Below are positions 26,062-39,619 of a stretch of DNA of 64,000 nt, one piece after another. The DNA lies in assembly GCA_030770535.1 (NCBI GenBank), contig JASVEC010000022.1, positions 124,001 to 188,000 of the forward strand. The letters are read 5' to 3'. The first letter of the stretch is position 1. The number at the start of each line of letters is the position of its first letter. Source of the DNA: Batkoa obscura. Lineage: Eukaryota. Made by a program: the position numbers and the translations under genes. Under the pieces are notes generated by a model. It was not told the DNA's origin. It searched no databases and saw only the letters and a list, made by a program, of their open reading frames with translations.

Positions 26062-28818
26062 TTAAGGTTGAACAGTGTACTCTTGCTTTATCAGCCAACT
26101 TTCAAGTTGATTAGAAGCCTTTTCGACAAAATTAACATTCATTTCAACCTTTTCAATGGTATTATCAAGGGCCATATTGAACGAAGAGTGATTTTTAACT
26201 TCAAAGAAATCCTTTAAATCCTTTAAATCTTTTTTAGAGGCTAAAAGACTAGCAGAGGAGCGTAATATTTCACCCAAAGTAGACACATTATGTTTATACC
26301 TGCCTTCGAGTAACTCCCAGTTATCTTTAACGAACTGCCAAGTTAAATCTCGGGCTTTTGGATTCAATGCTAAAATCGAAATCAAAAAGCAAGTGTCTTG
26401 GGCACGAACTTCTGTAGAAATGGTATATCTTAAAGTTTCTTCAATCAATTCTTGATCTTGAGTAAAACATAAAGCCATTGAAGCAGTAAGTTGTTGTTGA
26501 GCAGTAGGCGCTAACATGGAAATAATTTTAACTTGTGCATATTGATCAATTGTTCCAAATTTAGCAGCAACCCTTAAAAATAGGGGTCTTATATCATTAG
26601 CTATACTCATATCTTCATTATGTAACCAATTTTCATAAAGTTCTAACATCTTATCAATTGTTTCTTTATGATTTGAATTACACAAAATTTCAATGATGGT
26701 TGCCCGAAGCGTTCCAGTGCTTTCTTTATCATTAGGTGTGGTATGAAATCCATATTCATTTAATATTGGCTTAAAAAAGGCAATTTTTAAATTGTTCAAT
26801 CCATTTTGAATGTGTTCTGGGGCATTATAAAATAAAGAGGAGATGTTATTTAAATTTTTGGATATTTCTCTCAAGACTCTATATAACCAAATGATTTAAT
26901 AATTTATATTATACATGTATAATGAACTTACAATGGATTCTTTTCATTTTTAAATTTAAATACAAAATTTAAATAAAATGTAATACTTAAATGTCCAGAA
27001 ATAGCTGTATGATAAACATCAGATAATAAACCTATTTTATCTGAATCTGTTAAAGAACTTCCGAATTCAATTTGTTTTCCTAAATCTAATAAACATTGTT
27101 CATCATAACATACTCTATAGACACCAATAGAATTATTATTAAACTTAATAAATTGATTTAATTGGATATCTAAGATCATTTGTTTTTCATTTAATACTTC
27201 AATTGAATTTGATTGATTTAATAATAATGGTATCCACCAAAGTGTAGTTGTATCTTTGTCTTTAGTATCATTATTAGAATAAAATCTACTTTGCTCAATT
27301 AATAATTGATTATTATTATGATATTTGACTGACAATAATGGATATCCAGCTACATTAGTCCATAAATCCATAAACTCTGATACTGGTTTATTAGAAGCTT
27401 GTTCTAGACATTGCCATAACTCACTAGTAGTTGCATTTGAATACTGATATTTATTAAGATAAATTCTTATTCCTTCAAAAAAGTTATCCTCACCAAGGTA
27501 GGAAAATAACATTCTTAAAATAGAAGCTCCTTTAGAATAGGAAATATCATCAAAAATCTGTCCAATTTCCTCTGGATCATTGACAGGTACCTGTATGGGA
27601 TGTGAAGCTTTTAAGGCATCTAAGTTTAAAGCATTATGTAAATTATCTAATATAAACTTCGTCCATACATCCCATTCTGGGAATAATTTATCCACTGCAT
27701 AACTAGCAATATATGTTGCAAACCCTTCTTTTAACCAAAGTTGAGACCACCATTCTAAGGCTACTAAATTACCGAACCATTGATGTGCTACCTCATGAGC
27801 CACGTTATCAGCAACGCTTTGGGTCGATTCAAGAGAACTGATCCCATCCTCATTTAATAAACGTACTGTTCGGAATGTAATTAAGCCCCAATTTTCCATG
27901 GCTGCTATATTAAAATCAGGTATAGCAATTAAATCCAATTTTTTGATTGGATAAGGTTGGTTAAATAACTTGTAATACAAATCCATTGATCTTACAGCCA
28001 CATTTAAAGCAAATTTACCAAGATGAGCGCTACCGCGTGTGGCGTACACTCTTGTTACTATGTCTTGCTCTACAGTTCGACCTTCAACATAATCAAAATC
28101 ACCGATTGCAAATGCAACTATCTATGAAATGGGATTAAATAATAATGATTAACAAAATATTAAGTTACATAAGTTGACATGTTTGGAGTTCTTTCAAAAG
28201 TATATTCATCAAATCTCTCTCCATTGATTTCAATCTCATTTTTTGATTCAACTGGCGTATTAGCTAACGCTATCAAATCTTTTTCAACTATTAATTTTAT
28301 GTCAAAAGTTGCCCTTAACGCTGGCTAAAAAAAAACAAATTAAAGGTAAAAATAGATAATAAAATGCTTACCTCATCCCAACAAGGGAAGGCTTGTCTAG
28401 CATCTGAAGATTCGAAATGGGTAGATACGACCATCTTTTCGTTACCCTCTAGATCATTATAAGAAGAACAATAAAATCCTGCCATTCCTCGATTAATTAT
28501 TCCATAAAACTCTATGTATAACGTCCACTTTTCATCTTTTTTTAAATAGTTGGTAAGCTTCAATGTACATGTTTGTTTTTCACTATTGACTATCTTTTCT
28601 GTAATTTCTATTTCACTATTATCTTCATCTTTAGTTATCTGGGTCACTTTTATATCAAGTGCTTTACAGTTGAATACAATACTATCCGTATCTTTCTTGA
28701 CTAACAAATTAATATGTACTAGACCTTCAAAAGTTAAGTTAGTTATATTTGGTAGAATCGTTAGATCATAATGGATAGGTTTGACAGCAGTTGGGAGTAA
28801 GCTTGGATTTTGTGTCAT
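26062..28818 (-). CDS. M1 family zinc aminopeptidase, copy 2, same exon structure as copy 1
   Basis: ARQAFPCWDE, AAMENWG, HEVAHQWFG..E and YSKGA. Confidence 0.93.
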
Positions 28819-29391
28819 TTAATTTTAATTTTGAAAAATCATTTTGACCCCTATTTATATTTAAAATATACTGAGAATAGTTTGTTTTGAAGAACCAAAA
28901 TTAAATATATGAGGAAATGACACTAGTTCTAATTAATTAAGGTTTAGAATTGACTAATTATGAAATTATGTTATTGGCTCAAATACCTATAGTTTAAGTC
29001 GAGTTGATATGTTATTTAACTGTTATGAGGTATGTTATTTCATAGTTTCTCTTGTAATCCTCTAATGACGGTATAAATCTTGAATACTAGATCCAGAATT
29101 GAGCTTTATTAAACTTTCACTTCAATATTAAATGTGACTGCGTGACTAAGTTGTACTTTTCTTTTTTAAAGAATTACCTTGTACAAAAGTGCTATCTTTT
29201 TTATACAAATTTTGAATATCTTTCGTACAAATTTTATAAATTTTTGAAACTAAATTAGCTTTAGATATAGTTTAAAATACACCATTGACTATTCATTATT
29301 TTTCAATTACTATATCTTAAAATTTTATAAAAAACTGTACGTAAGTATATAAACTAAACTATTAAATTTAGCAAAGCATCAGCTGTTTTAT

Positions 29392-31691
29392 TTATAACTT
29401 CCCTTCGATTTTAAATTTTCCTATAGTGTCATAAAACAATTGAGAACACTTAACTTTAGCTCTTAACCTTGAGCATAATAAAAAGGCACCGGATAGCTTT
29501 CTATGTAGTGAATAGGTTTGCTCAGGTGGGGGTGTGAGTCTTAAATTTAACATAACTGGAATAAGATCTCTGACTCTTTTAGTAATAGTTTGATCCGAAA
29601 AATCATACTCCGCATCTTCTTTCACTTGGAAGGGTTCTGCTAATGTTAATATTGAATTAATATGCGCTTCCTTCATAGTGCTATGTTCATCACCAGTTAA
29701 ATAGCCTAAGCGATAGGAATAGTCCAAGCAACCTTCACGATCATTTTCTGCTGCTGCTTTTAACACACCTAAATAATTTGAAAGGAAAGCATCATCAAAT
29801 TCTCTTGTAGCCCCAAAGTCTAATAACCCAATCTAGTTAAAGTGGTTATTTTAATTTAATATTGCCTTATCATTAAATTTTTTACTTTATGCTCAACTGG
29901 GTCATACAAGAAATTTGTCCAATTAGGGTCTGTTTGCATGAATTTAAATTCGAATAGTTCTCTTAAGCATAATTCCATAATTTTAGTAGCAATCTATAAA
30001 GAAAATTATTATCGATTTATATATTTTCATATTACTTATTACCCAATCCCTAACCTCTTGCTTTGTATCTAATATTTGATTGAGAGGCACTCCAGGTAAA
30101 CGTTCCATAGTCAATACGTTACTTGTTGTAAGCTCCTTATAGATAGCAGGCACATGATATTCGGGACTATCCTTTAAAGCCTCTTTAAACATCTCAGCAT
30201 ATTTTGCTTCTCTCAAGTAATCAGTTTCCCACTTCAACTCCATTCTAGTTACTTGGATAGTTTTATCTAAGTATAAACCACGAGGTAATATTTTTGACGC
30301 TAATAAAAGTAGCTTTAAACTATCTAGATCACTATCGATTGATTGTGCAACTCCAGGATATTGAACTTTCACTGCTGCTGGTCTTATTTGTTCAGAGGAA
30401 TCCTTTATCTTTGCCCAATGAACTTGTCCAATTGAAGCTGCAGCAAAAGGTGTCATTTCAAAATCCATCAATTTGTTTTGCCAGTCTTCTCCAATCTCTT
30501 CATTTAATACCCTCTATTATTATGTTATAAATATTCGTACATTAATAATGTAAGTATATTTACCTTTAATTGTTTCTGTGGCATGTAAGCACCTGAGTGT
30601 TGAATTTGAAATAAAATTTTCTCAATTTGAGGAGGCAATACATTAGCATCTTGAATCGCTAAAACTTGGCCTAATTTTTGAGCAGCTCCGCGCATTTTAG
30701 ATAATCGATTCACTAGCCTTTTTACATTACCTTCACTCCATAATGCCGATTCTAAAAATTATATTATTTTTATAAATCAAAGTTCATAATAGTTACCTCC
30801 TAATTCTGATTTTGAAAGCCCTACACTACGCTTAAACGCCTCCCCTAACATCCCTGACCCCATTGATACTGCTAAGCCTAACTATCTGTTATATATTTTC
30901 ATTTTTAAATATACAATAACTAACCTCCATATTGCAAAAATCTTCCAAATTTAGTGGTTGGAACATTAACCTCTAAGTATTCCTTTGGCCTACTATCATT
31001 CTAATAATTTTTTTAATAAATGTTTAGAGATGAAATCGTGCAGTTTATTTATAACAGCTATAGTTTAAATTACCTGGTATTGAGTCTCAACAGTATACTC
31101 TCTATTTCTATCATGTAAAATTCCTGGATTGCTTCCTTTAATTTCGGGAATAGTTTCTTTAGTTTCAAAATTAGGAACTGAATTTAGGTCTGATTTTGGA
31201 ACCATAGCTGAGTCATCTGTAATTTCTGAAGCCTTTTTAGGTAATTCCATCACTTTCTCTTCAGTATTTGGTAATTCCATGCCATGATTCAGTTTACTAT
31301 CTATTTTTTCAATCTCATTTTTTTCATTTAAAATCCTCATTTCATTTTCCTCATTTTGCTTTCTAATATCCTCCTGCTTCTCACCTAAATTGGGATAAAT
31401 TTCATTTTCTTCTAAATCTCTTGCTAAACCGCGCTCTTTTTCAGTTAAGCAATCACTATTGTCCATTTGGTTTATAGAATTATTGAATTTTCTACCTGAT
31501 TCTGTAAACTTAACTCCTACATCTTTGAACTCAGTTTGATTCCATTTTCCTTCCTCTTGAAACTTAGGTAATCCAGAAGTCTTATATTTAAGTTTCAAAT
31601 CAATTAATGTATGGTTTATGGCTATTCTAGCAATGTTAGTTACTGAACTACCCACTCCATATAAATCTGCTAATTTTCGTGTCAGTGGCAT
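29392..31691 (-). CDS. COQ8: ABC1/UbiB atypical kinase (COQ8/ADCK3-4 orthologue), multi-exon
   Basis: [47 protein letters not shown] and [23 protein letters not shown]. Confidence 0.9.
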
Positions 31692-31938
31692 TCTAAAAAA
31701 TAAAAAATTGCTTAGGTTAAAATTTCGATTATACGATTTCGATTGCCGATTAAGGGAGAGCAATAGCCAATAAAATAAGCGTATATAATAATGAAATCAA
31801 TGAAGTTAATATAAAATAAAAGTAATTTTATAATAAAAATAATACTTATCAGAATAATAAAAGAATGTTAATAATATCATTACTTTTATAAAACAAGTCA
31901 TAAATCGAACGCTTTGTTTAATAAATCATTTTTATTTT

Positions 31939-33618
31939 TTATTCCACCTTTTTATGTTTAATAGAAGGTTTGAAAATCCTTACTAAAATAGCTTTAGCAG
32001 CCCGATAAAATCCATAGATAAACAAAAAGGCAACTAAGAAGTTCAATCCGATAAGATCCAAAGAGTATAACTTTATGAAGTTCATTCTATTACTGATTGG
32101 AACCAAATGTTCAATTTCACATGGAGGTAAGTTAGAAGTAGGATCATATGGTTTCAATTTTCTACAAATTTTAGCAATCTTAGCAAAATCCTCAATGACT
32201 TTAGCTCCCAGTTGGATTCGTAAATCACTACCATCAGCTAACAATTTTAATCTTTCTAGATTCATTTGGATACTTTGATTTTTGTCTTGGATCATTTCAG
32301 TAATTGCAGGTATTAACTCATCCTCGATCTGTTCAAAAGCAATATGTTTACCTATCCCAATAGACTCTACTTTAGCTGCATTACGTGCCTGATCTCCAAA
32401 AGTTGGCATACAAATCATTGGAGTCATAGCATCAATGGCTTCAAATACACTTTCTAGTCCTGAATGAGTAATAAATAGTTTCACATTTTCATGTTGCAAT
32501 ATTTCTGATTGTGGAGCCCATTTTAATAATCTAATATGCTCATATTTACCTTTGATTATTTCAGATGTCTTTACTTTTTTGCCGTTATAGCTTATATCTT
32601 CTGGTAATAGATCTAAAGATTCCACCGAGCGTACTAATCCCCAAATAGCACCATCAATGACTTTAGAGTCAATTAATGTTAAAATTTTTTGTAATAATAA
32701 ACTCATAGTATGTTTATCTATTATACTCAAAGATCCATACCCAATATAAAGGATCGATTTATGCTCATCTATAAAACTTTGAATTTCTGAACTAACTTTG
32801 TTACTTGATTTTGGCAAAATAGGCCCTATAGTTTTAATAATAGGTGGTAACTCTTGTGCCAATTCAAATCCAAAGAAAGTATTGGCAAGTCCTAATCCAT
32901 AATTAAAATTTCCTGCATATCCTTTAGCACCAATAACATTATATTTCTTTCTTAACCCTTTAGTCATTTTAATATAATTCAACCCTCTTTTTGTTCTTTC
33001 GAAAGCATGGATAACTTTATAATAATATCTTGTAAAAAAGTCCATACCTTCGGTCGTAAGTGGGGCATACCAAGTGGTTGATATCTTGAATGCAGGCGTC
33101 ATCGGAATCAATAAATCTAAGGATTGAATTCCGATAATTAGAGGTAAGCCATTACTTTGTGCTACATCTTGACATGGATTCGACATAAAATCACATATCA
33201 TTAAATCATACTTATTTTCTTTTACTAGTTGATTTAATTTGGGATAATTGGCTTCATAGGTATAAGTAAATAAATCTACCATTCTATCTGGAAATAAAGC
33301 TTTATGTATACCAGCATAACTTATAGGTATCTCGGTACTATATAAACTATGGAGATTTACGGTGTCTGGTGGAGCGGTATCAAATATTATTGAGCTTACA
33401 TTATAACCCTTATTGTAATGGGCGTTATCTGAGGAAGATACAAAAGTGAATTCATGACCTTTTTGCTGTAATACTTTAAATATCTCAAAGAATGATTTTA
33501 CATGGGATCTACTACTTATATCACAGAAAATTAACACATTCAATGGCTTATCAGCTAAGGTAGTTGCTGCTATTGAGTTTGTTAGTAAGATTAGAACGAA
33601 ATAAATAAATTTCAACAT
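31939..33618 (-). CDS. UDP-glycosyltransferase (GT1/UDPGT) with signal peptide, C-terminal TM helix and dilysine motif
   Basis: Intronless 559 aa. N-terminal SRSHV catalytic His, signature WAPQSEILQH..FITHSGLESVFEA..PMICMPTFGDQ, TM LIGLNFLVAFLFIYGFY and C-terminus KHKKVE. Confidence 0.92.
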   Translation of the reverse strand: MLKFIYFVLILLTNSIAATTLADKPLNVLIFCDISSRSHVKSFFEIFKVLQQKGHEFTFVSSSDNAHYNKGYNVSSIIFDTAPPDTVNLHSLYSTEIPISYAGIHKALFPDRMVDLFTYTYEANYPKLNQLVKENKYDLMICDFMSNPCQDVAQSNGLPLIIGIQSLDLLIPMTPAFKISTTWYAPLTTEGMDFFTRYYYKVIHAFERTKRGLNYIKMTKGLRKKYNVIGAKGYAGNFNYGLGLANTFFGFELAQELPPIIKTIGPILPKSSNKVSSEIQSFIDEHKSILYIGYGSLSIIDKHTMSLLLQKILTLIDSKVIDGAIWGLVRSVESLDLLPEDISYNGKKVKTSEIIKGKYEHIRLLKWAPQSEILQHENVKLFITHSGLESVFEAIDAMTPMICMPTFGDQARNAAKVESIGIGKHIAFEQIEDELIPAITEMIQDKNQSIQMNLERLKLLADGSDLRIQLGAKVIEDFAKIAKICRKLKPYDPTSNLPPCEIEHLVPISNRMNFIKLYSLDLIGLNFLVAFLFIYGFYRAAKAILVRIFKPSIKHKKVE

Positions 33619-35296
33619 TTCCTGAGTTAGGGATTACAGCTATCTTTCTCTTGCTTATATACTTTTCACTATTATCTATAAATAAAGATCACTTATCACA
33701 AGCTATTCAATGAAATCTATTTATTGACTTATTTAATTAAAATATTATTTTATTTAGAAAATACCTATTTTTTTATTTTATTTGTATCCTTTTATGGGCT
33801 AAAAACCACTGTTATAAATTCACATTATTCCATAATCTTATTATTTATGTTGCTTTTTAAGTCTTATAAATACCAAATTATATTGACATTTATTATTTTA
33901 ACTATTTTTGTTCTTATTTGTTCCTTTTATGCATCTTCATGTAATAAATGCCACTTTCCTAATTATAAACTTGAAAAAGATAGAATTTTACAAATCATTA
34001 ATTTATTAGTTCTATTTTTGATATCACCTTTTAGAGGGTTTTGTCACTAAAGTAATAACAATAAATTAATGTTAAGAATAAAGGTACAAAGTTTCGGTAT
34101 TTCGGATTACTTGGTTAAGCTATCAGCGACTAAGTAATGTTATTTAAATGAATTATTTTGGTCATCTTTTTCTTTTCATCTCTTGCTTTTGGCCTTGTTA
34201 GTAACGCTTTTTTATATCTCCTGCTATAACTTATTGGTATATGAGTTAGTTTAAAAGCTCAGTTCAATTTCTGTCCAATATAGATTTTTAGTAAAAATTA
34301 TAAATTAAGCACAAGGTACTAGAAATTAGTTGCTTTTTTCCTTAAGTAAAATTACTCATATATGAATGGTTTTTTGTCTAATATTTAGTATTTTTTTCAA
34401 ATTTACATTACATAGAAAATGAACAAAATAAGTGAAATGGAAAACCTTGGCCTTAGTTTTAACCGAGCTTTTACTTACTCATATACATAACATTTAGCTA
34501 TATAAAAACAAAATATGTAATAAATGCTTCGAAGTTACTATGGATTATGTATTCATTCAATCCCTATTTTTTTAGACATTGTAATAAAATAAATTTTCAT
34601 TAATTTCTGATTATATGCATGCTATAGTTAAAACACAGTTCATCGTATCATTTATTACCTTGGTATCTTAATACAAACAATATTAAATATTCTTGAATTT
34701 AATTTCAATATTCTAAAACACCAATTTTAGTAAATTCATTTTTTTCAAATTTTTATTTCTACTTTAATAGCTTTGGACTTCTTTAAGGAAATGCTATCAT
34801 GTAGATACTAGATAGCTGGCAGGTATTTTGTTAATAATGAAATAAAAATATGATTAAATCAAAGCCATAAGAGAATGAACATTAGTTAAAGATAATTTTG
34901 ATTTTAACTATTTTTTACCAAATTCTATGAAGAGCTAAGCCTCCTATGGTCGTTTATCAAATAAATTCATAAAACTAATGAAAATGAAAGGTAAGCCACT
35001 TGCTTGGGACATCTCTGCTTTTTTTGTTTACAGGTATTCTAGCGTTAACTAATTAAATTCGTTTTAGCACGCTATTTTGCATTCGATTTTTTTAAATTTA
35101 ATATATGGGGATGTATTTTTAATAATTTTTGATAATTTACCTAAAAATTTATTATAAATCAATGTTTTTTTAACTATTATTACATGTACTATCTTAAGCA
35201 TACTCGTTTAAATATTTAGTTAATACTTGAAATAAGCAAGAGCTGTTTATTAGCTTTTCGAATATACATCGATTTTTTTTAAATCTTTGCAATATA

Positions 35297-35396
35297 TGGG
35301 GGTGTTTTTTTTAGCTTCATTATTTTTTCCATTTTTTAAGCACTATTTAAGCGGAAAGATTGTTAGTAAAATTCTTAAACAAAAAATACATCCCCA
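35297..35396 (-). mobile_element. ~100-bp MITE, family 1 copy (plus an isolated terminus at 35046-35060)
   Basis: atat|gggggtgttttttttagcttcat...aaaaaatacatcccc|atat. Confidence 0.8.
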
Positions 35397-36805
35397 TATC
35401 ATTTAAATGTTACTATATCAAATAAGATAAGTAAAAACAAAATAGTGAAAATTTCATTTTTTATTAAACTTATTTTCACAGTTAATATTGAGACCCTTTT
35501 ATTTTATTGAGCATAGTAAAAAGTTTAAAAAAACTGTATTTATTTTCTAAGTTATTATCATCAGATAACTGCTAATTAGAGTATAATATTATTTTCAATA
35601 ATTTCCTCACCTTAAGTAATCTTCAAATGATGAAAAATCAAAATTGTGCTTAAACAGAGAATATATTTTAGAAATATATACTAATAGTTGTTTTAAATAA
35701 ATTAAAACATTATTCAACCCCCTTGTAGCTCCGGCAGTTTCTTCAATTGGGTTTTAAACCAAGTTAGTAAAAAAACAATACTTATCAATATTCATTACGC
35801 TATCAAAGCGTAAATACATAATTTTAATCCTTATTGCTTATAAGTTAACAATAATTATTGCTTTGCTAATTCTTTTTTTTGGACCTTGCCCTAACGAGTA
35901 GTCTTTTATTAACAAGAAAAAGAAGAGGAAAAGAAATACTGGAGAAAATAGAAGTCAAGAAAAAAGAATCGAAGTGTAGAAAAAGAATGGCATATTTAAA
36001 CAAATCCAAATGGGGAATAAGGATCCTACACATCTTCTAGAGGACTTAAACTCATGTTTAAGGTGGAAAAAGGAGATAGTGGCCAATTGCCTTAACACGA
36101 AGACCACAGGAGATGCTGTGGAGAAATTCCCCACCTTTAGAAGGCTTTGCTTGTTCTCAATCCCAATAATATTATATATTTTTAAAATGTTAGCATTTTT
36201 TATATTATCAAAACTAAGATTAGATATAAACCCAACCTTGTTTCTCCTCCTTCAACTTAAGCTCTGTTTATTAAACCAATATCGAATAAGTTGATTTTTT
36301 TAATAATTTCTATTAGATTAGCTATGTTTAATTTAAGTATTATAGTGTGAAATATTGCTTTATTTAGCTCTCGGATTGATTATAACGCAACAATCACTTA
36401 AGTTACTGTGTTCTCAAGTTCAAATACAATCAAGTCAGAGTCCCTTATTTTGATTTGCTGCGAGAATTTATAACTTCATGTTGCAAGGAATAACATCCTC
36501 TCGTATTAATATCCATATTTATTGGAGTATAAAAGAGATTCTTCAACATGATAACTTGAGGCTTTTTAGTTGAATTGCTTCCTGATATCGTATCATTAAT
36601 AAAGCCAATAAGTCTTTCTGACAATATCTTACGTAGATTTTATAGTAGTATTTTATATTCTATTTGTTTTACATAGTTCATAGCCTATTGCGCAATATTC
36701 TCATTGGTTTAAGTCTATCTTAGTTACATAAACTAAGACCGTTCGACTCAAGGCAAATCAATCAAGCAAGAACTGTTTTTAACTCCTACCACTGAGTACC
36801 AACTT

Positions 36806-37351
36806 TCACACTAGGCACATATTACATAAATCTGTTTTTTTTGCTGCATTTTTAAAATTACTTGGTATATATTTAAAAAATGTTTATTTAGCTACTGCTT
36901 CATTTTTAAAATATTTAAAATATTTACTATATATCATTCTCCTACTTTTATTTAATATATATATTATCTGATGAATATTTATTGTCATTATTTTTTTATT
37001 AAATCTTGATGAAATAGTTGAATTATCAAGTAAATATTGTATAATAATTTTAATTTGCTTATCTTTAATTTTTTTTGTACTTTTAATAATAGGTTGTAAC
37101 GTTGATGTTTTATTATTAATAATTATTTTTGAATAACCATGTTGATTTCTACCTATATTAAATCCAAAACTTTTACATTCATCAAAAAAATATACTGAAG
37201 CTATAGTTGATAATAATGCTACTTGTTGATTTTTATTTCCTGTTTCCTTTAAAGCACCAATTTTATACATTGCTTGATTAAGTTTATTATCATTAACAGT
37301 AAACCTTAATAACATTTCTTCTCTTTTTTTTGTTTTATTATAAAATTCCAT
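36806..37351 (-). pseudogene. Possible decayed DNA-transposase fragment
   Basis: The 155-aa ORF continues past one TAA as TFFKYIPSNFKNAAKKTDLCNMCLV*. This F..P..F.....D.CxxC pattern recalls eukaryotic DNA transposases. The assignment is pattern-based only. Confidence 0.35.
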
Positions 37352-37852
37352 AAACTCTGGGCTATTGTGAATAGTTGTTAAAATTAATGTAAATGAATTA
37401 CAATGTTTATGTAATGTGCTTCTCCCTATCGTATTAAAATTTTTAAAAATTACATTTCGAAGTTTAGTTATAAAAGCTTGTATTCTATTTTTATTTTAAT
37501 AAAAAATAAAATCAAATAACTATATACTTGTATATTAGATATCTATTAAACATTTAATAAAAATAATACAAAATATGTAATTAAAAAAAATAAAATAATT
37601 AAAATAAGTCTTTAAGTTAAATTTTTTTATTTAATTTTAAGCTTTTTAAATTTAGCTAATTATACATTAAGAACTTACAAATTTAGAAACTGAAATTTGG
37701 ATTGATTTTTAATCAAATTCTGAAACCAATTCGGATATCCCCATTTAGTCCCAACTAACAATAAAATGTAACCAAAATTCAAAAAATGAATCAGACAAAA
37801 AAATATAAATACAAAAGATTACTATAACAATATAGCAAAATAAGTATTAAAA

Positions 37853-39045
37853 ATGAGTAAAATACCAACCCGTCAATTAGGAAAAAATGGACCTCAAGTT
37901 TCATGTATCGGGATTGGGATGTATGGGTATGAATGCATTTTATGGCTCTAGCGATCAAGAAGAGAACCTTAAGGTGTTAAACCATGCTTTAGATTTAGGA
38001 TGTAACTTTTGAGATACTGCGGTATATTTTATTTCAAGTCAAAATTCTGTTTTACTGAGAAATTTATAGGATATATATGGTAGTGGAGAAAACGAAAAGC
38101 TTATAGCTAAAGTGTTGAAGGATCGTAGAGATGAAGTTTTTCTTTGTACCAAATTTGCTTTAGCAATAGATCCAGAAACAAACGAATGGAATCTTAGAGG
38201 AGATAAAGAATATGTCAAGCAATGTTGTGATGCCAGTTTAAAACGTTTAGGTATCAAGACTATTGACTTATATTACCAACATAGAGTTGATCCTAATACG
38301 TATGTCACACCATAATGTACTATATAATTAGCTATTCTAATCTGATTCATAGACCAATTGAGGAAACCATTGAAGCTATGACAGAGCTGGTAAAAGAAGG
38401 GAAAGTTAAATACCTGGGATTATCTGAATGTAGTGAGAAAACTTTAAGAAGAGCTTATAAAGTACATCCTATTGCTGCAGTACAGGTTGAATATAGGTAA
38501 ATTTACTTATTTGATCTTGAATGATAAGCTAATACCTTTTTTAAAGTCCATGGGAAACTAGTATTGAAAATAATGGCTTACTAAAAGCATGCCAAGAGCT
38601 TGGAGTTGCTGTAGTTGCTTATTCACCATTAGGAAGAGGTTTCTTAACTGGTAAATTGGAAGTGGATAAATTAGAAAAAGGGGACTTTCGTACTTCTGGT
38701 AATCCACGATTTACTTCTGAAAATGTTGACCACAACATGCAGTTAGTTAAAAAGCTTGAAGCCATTGCGGAAACTAAAAATGCTAAGCCTTCCCAGCTTT
38801 GTCTTTCTTGGATATTAGCTCAGGTAAATATTAATTTTTTTCTGTTATTTGGCTAACTGTTTTAGGGTGAATATTTTATTCCTATTCCAGGTACTAGAAG
38901 AATCAAGTATTTGGAAGAAAATATTGCTTCGTATAAAGTTAACATTTCAAAAGAAGAAAATGAACAGATTCGTAAATTGGTTAAGGAAGTCAATGTCAAA
39001 GGGGAGCGCTATGCCGCTGATGGAATGGCTTCTATTGATAAATAA
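37853..39045 (+). pseudogene. Aldo-keto reductase paralog with a frameshift and nonsense codon in exon 1
   Basis: MSKIPTRQLGKNGPQVSCIG, then one extra base at ~37916-37919 before CMGMNAFYG. TGA at 38010-38012 replaces the W of FWDTA. Downstream exons read as normal AKR. Confidence 0.82.
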
Positions 39046-39404
39046 ACCTAGTCTATCCTATATTCTTTTGTTTTCAGTTTTAAATTGGGCTGCTTGTAAT
39101 AAAAATTTTTTATAAGCAACAACCATTTTATCAGTGGACTTCAATCCTTATCATATTGATAAAACACTTTGTACTTCAATACCAATATCATAGTTTTATG
39201 TAAAGCTGTAATACAAAAAAAAGAATCAATTATAAAAGCTGTCTTTTAATATACTTGGTGATAATGTTATACAATTAATTATAGTTTTTAACATGGTAAA
39301 TAATGGTTCATTTATAGATGGTCATTCATTGAAATTCATGATCTTAACTAGTACGATTTACTATTAACACTTTAAATTAACTGATACAGTAAGATACTTT
39401 CTAA

Positions 39405-39475
39405 TTTCATTCATTTGCCCACTTTTTAAGTACTGTTGAATGGAAAAATTATTATTGGAATTCAAGACATTCCCG
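39405..39475 (-). mobile_element. Degenerate MITE family 1 copy
   Basis: tttcattcatttgcccactttttaagtactgttgaatggaaaaattatt...acattccc aligns loosely to the family core. Confidence 0.45.
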
Positions 39476-39619
39476 TGTTAGATTTTTTAACTTCAAAGAA
39501 AGCAGCATAAGTAAGCATTAAAAGACATTCTGTACCAAAAAGAATTATTAAATTTTATACCATCACAAACTCCTACCTTTGGTAACAATAGTCCTTTTTT
39601 TATCAAGATTAAGTCAAAG

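Noticed and set aside
33724..34050. 108-aa hydrophobic ORF (likewise 8640..8891 and 46234..46431)
   Set aside because: Non-ATG starts and F/I/L/Y-rich composition expected from AT-rich noncoding DNA.
36010..36294. 94-aa ORF, with GDSGQLP in another frame resembling a PIF1/Helitron helicase motif
   Set aside because: The motif is isolated, followed at once by a stop, and no other helicase motifs are nearby.
38010..38012. TGA read as Trp (alternative genetic code)
   Set aside because: TGA is the normal stop of intact genes here (for example 17575), and the in-frame TGAs occur in genes that also carry frameshifts.
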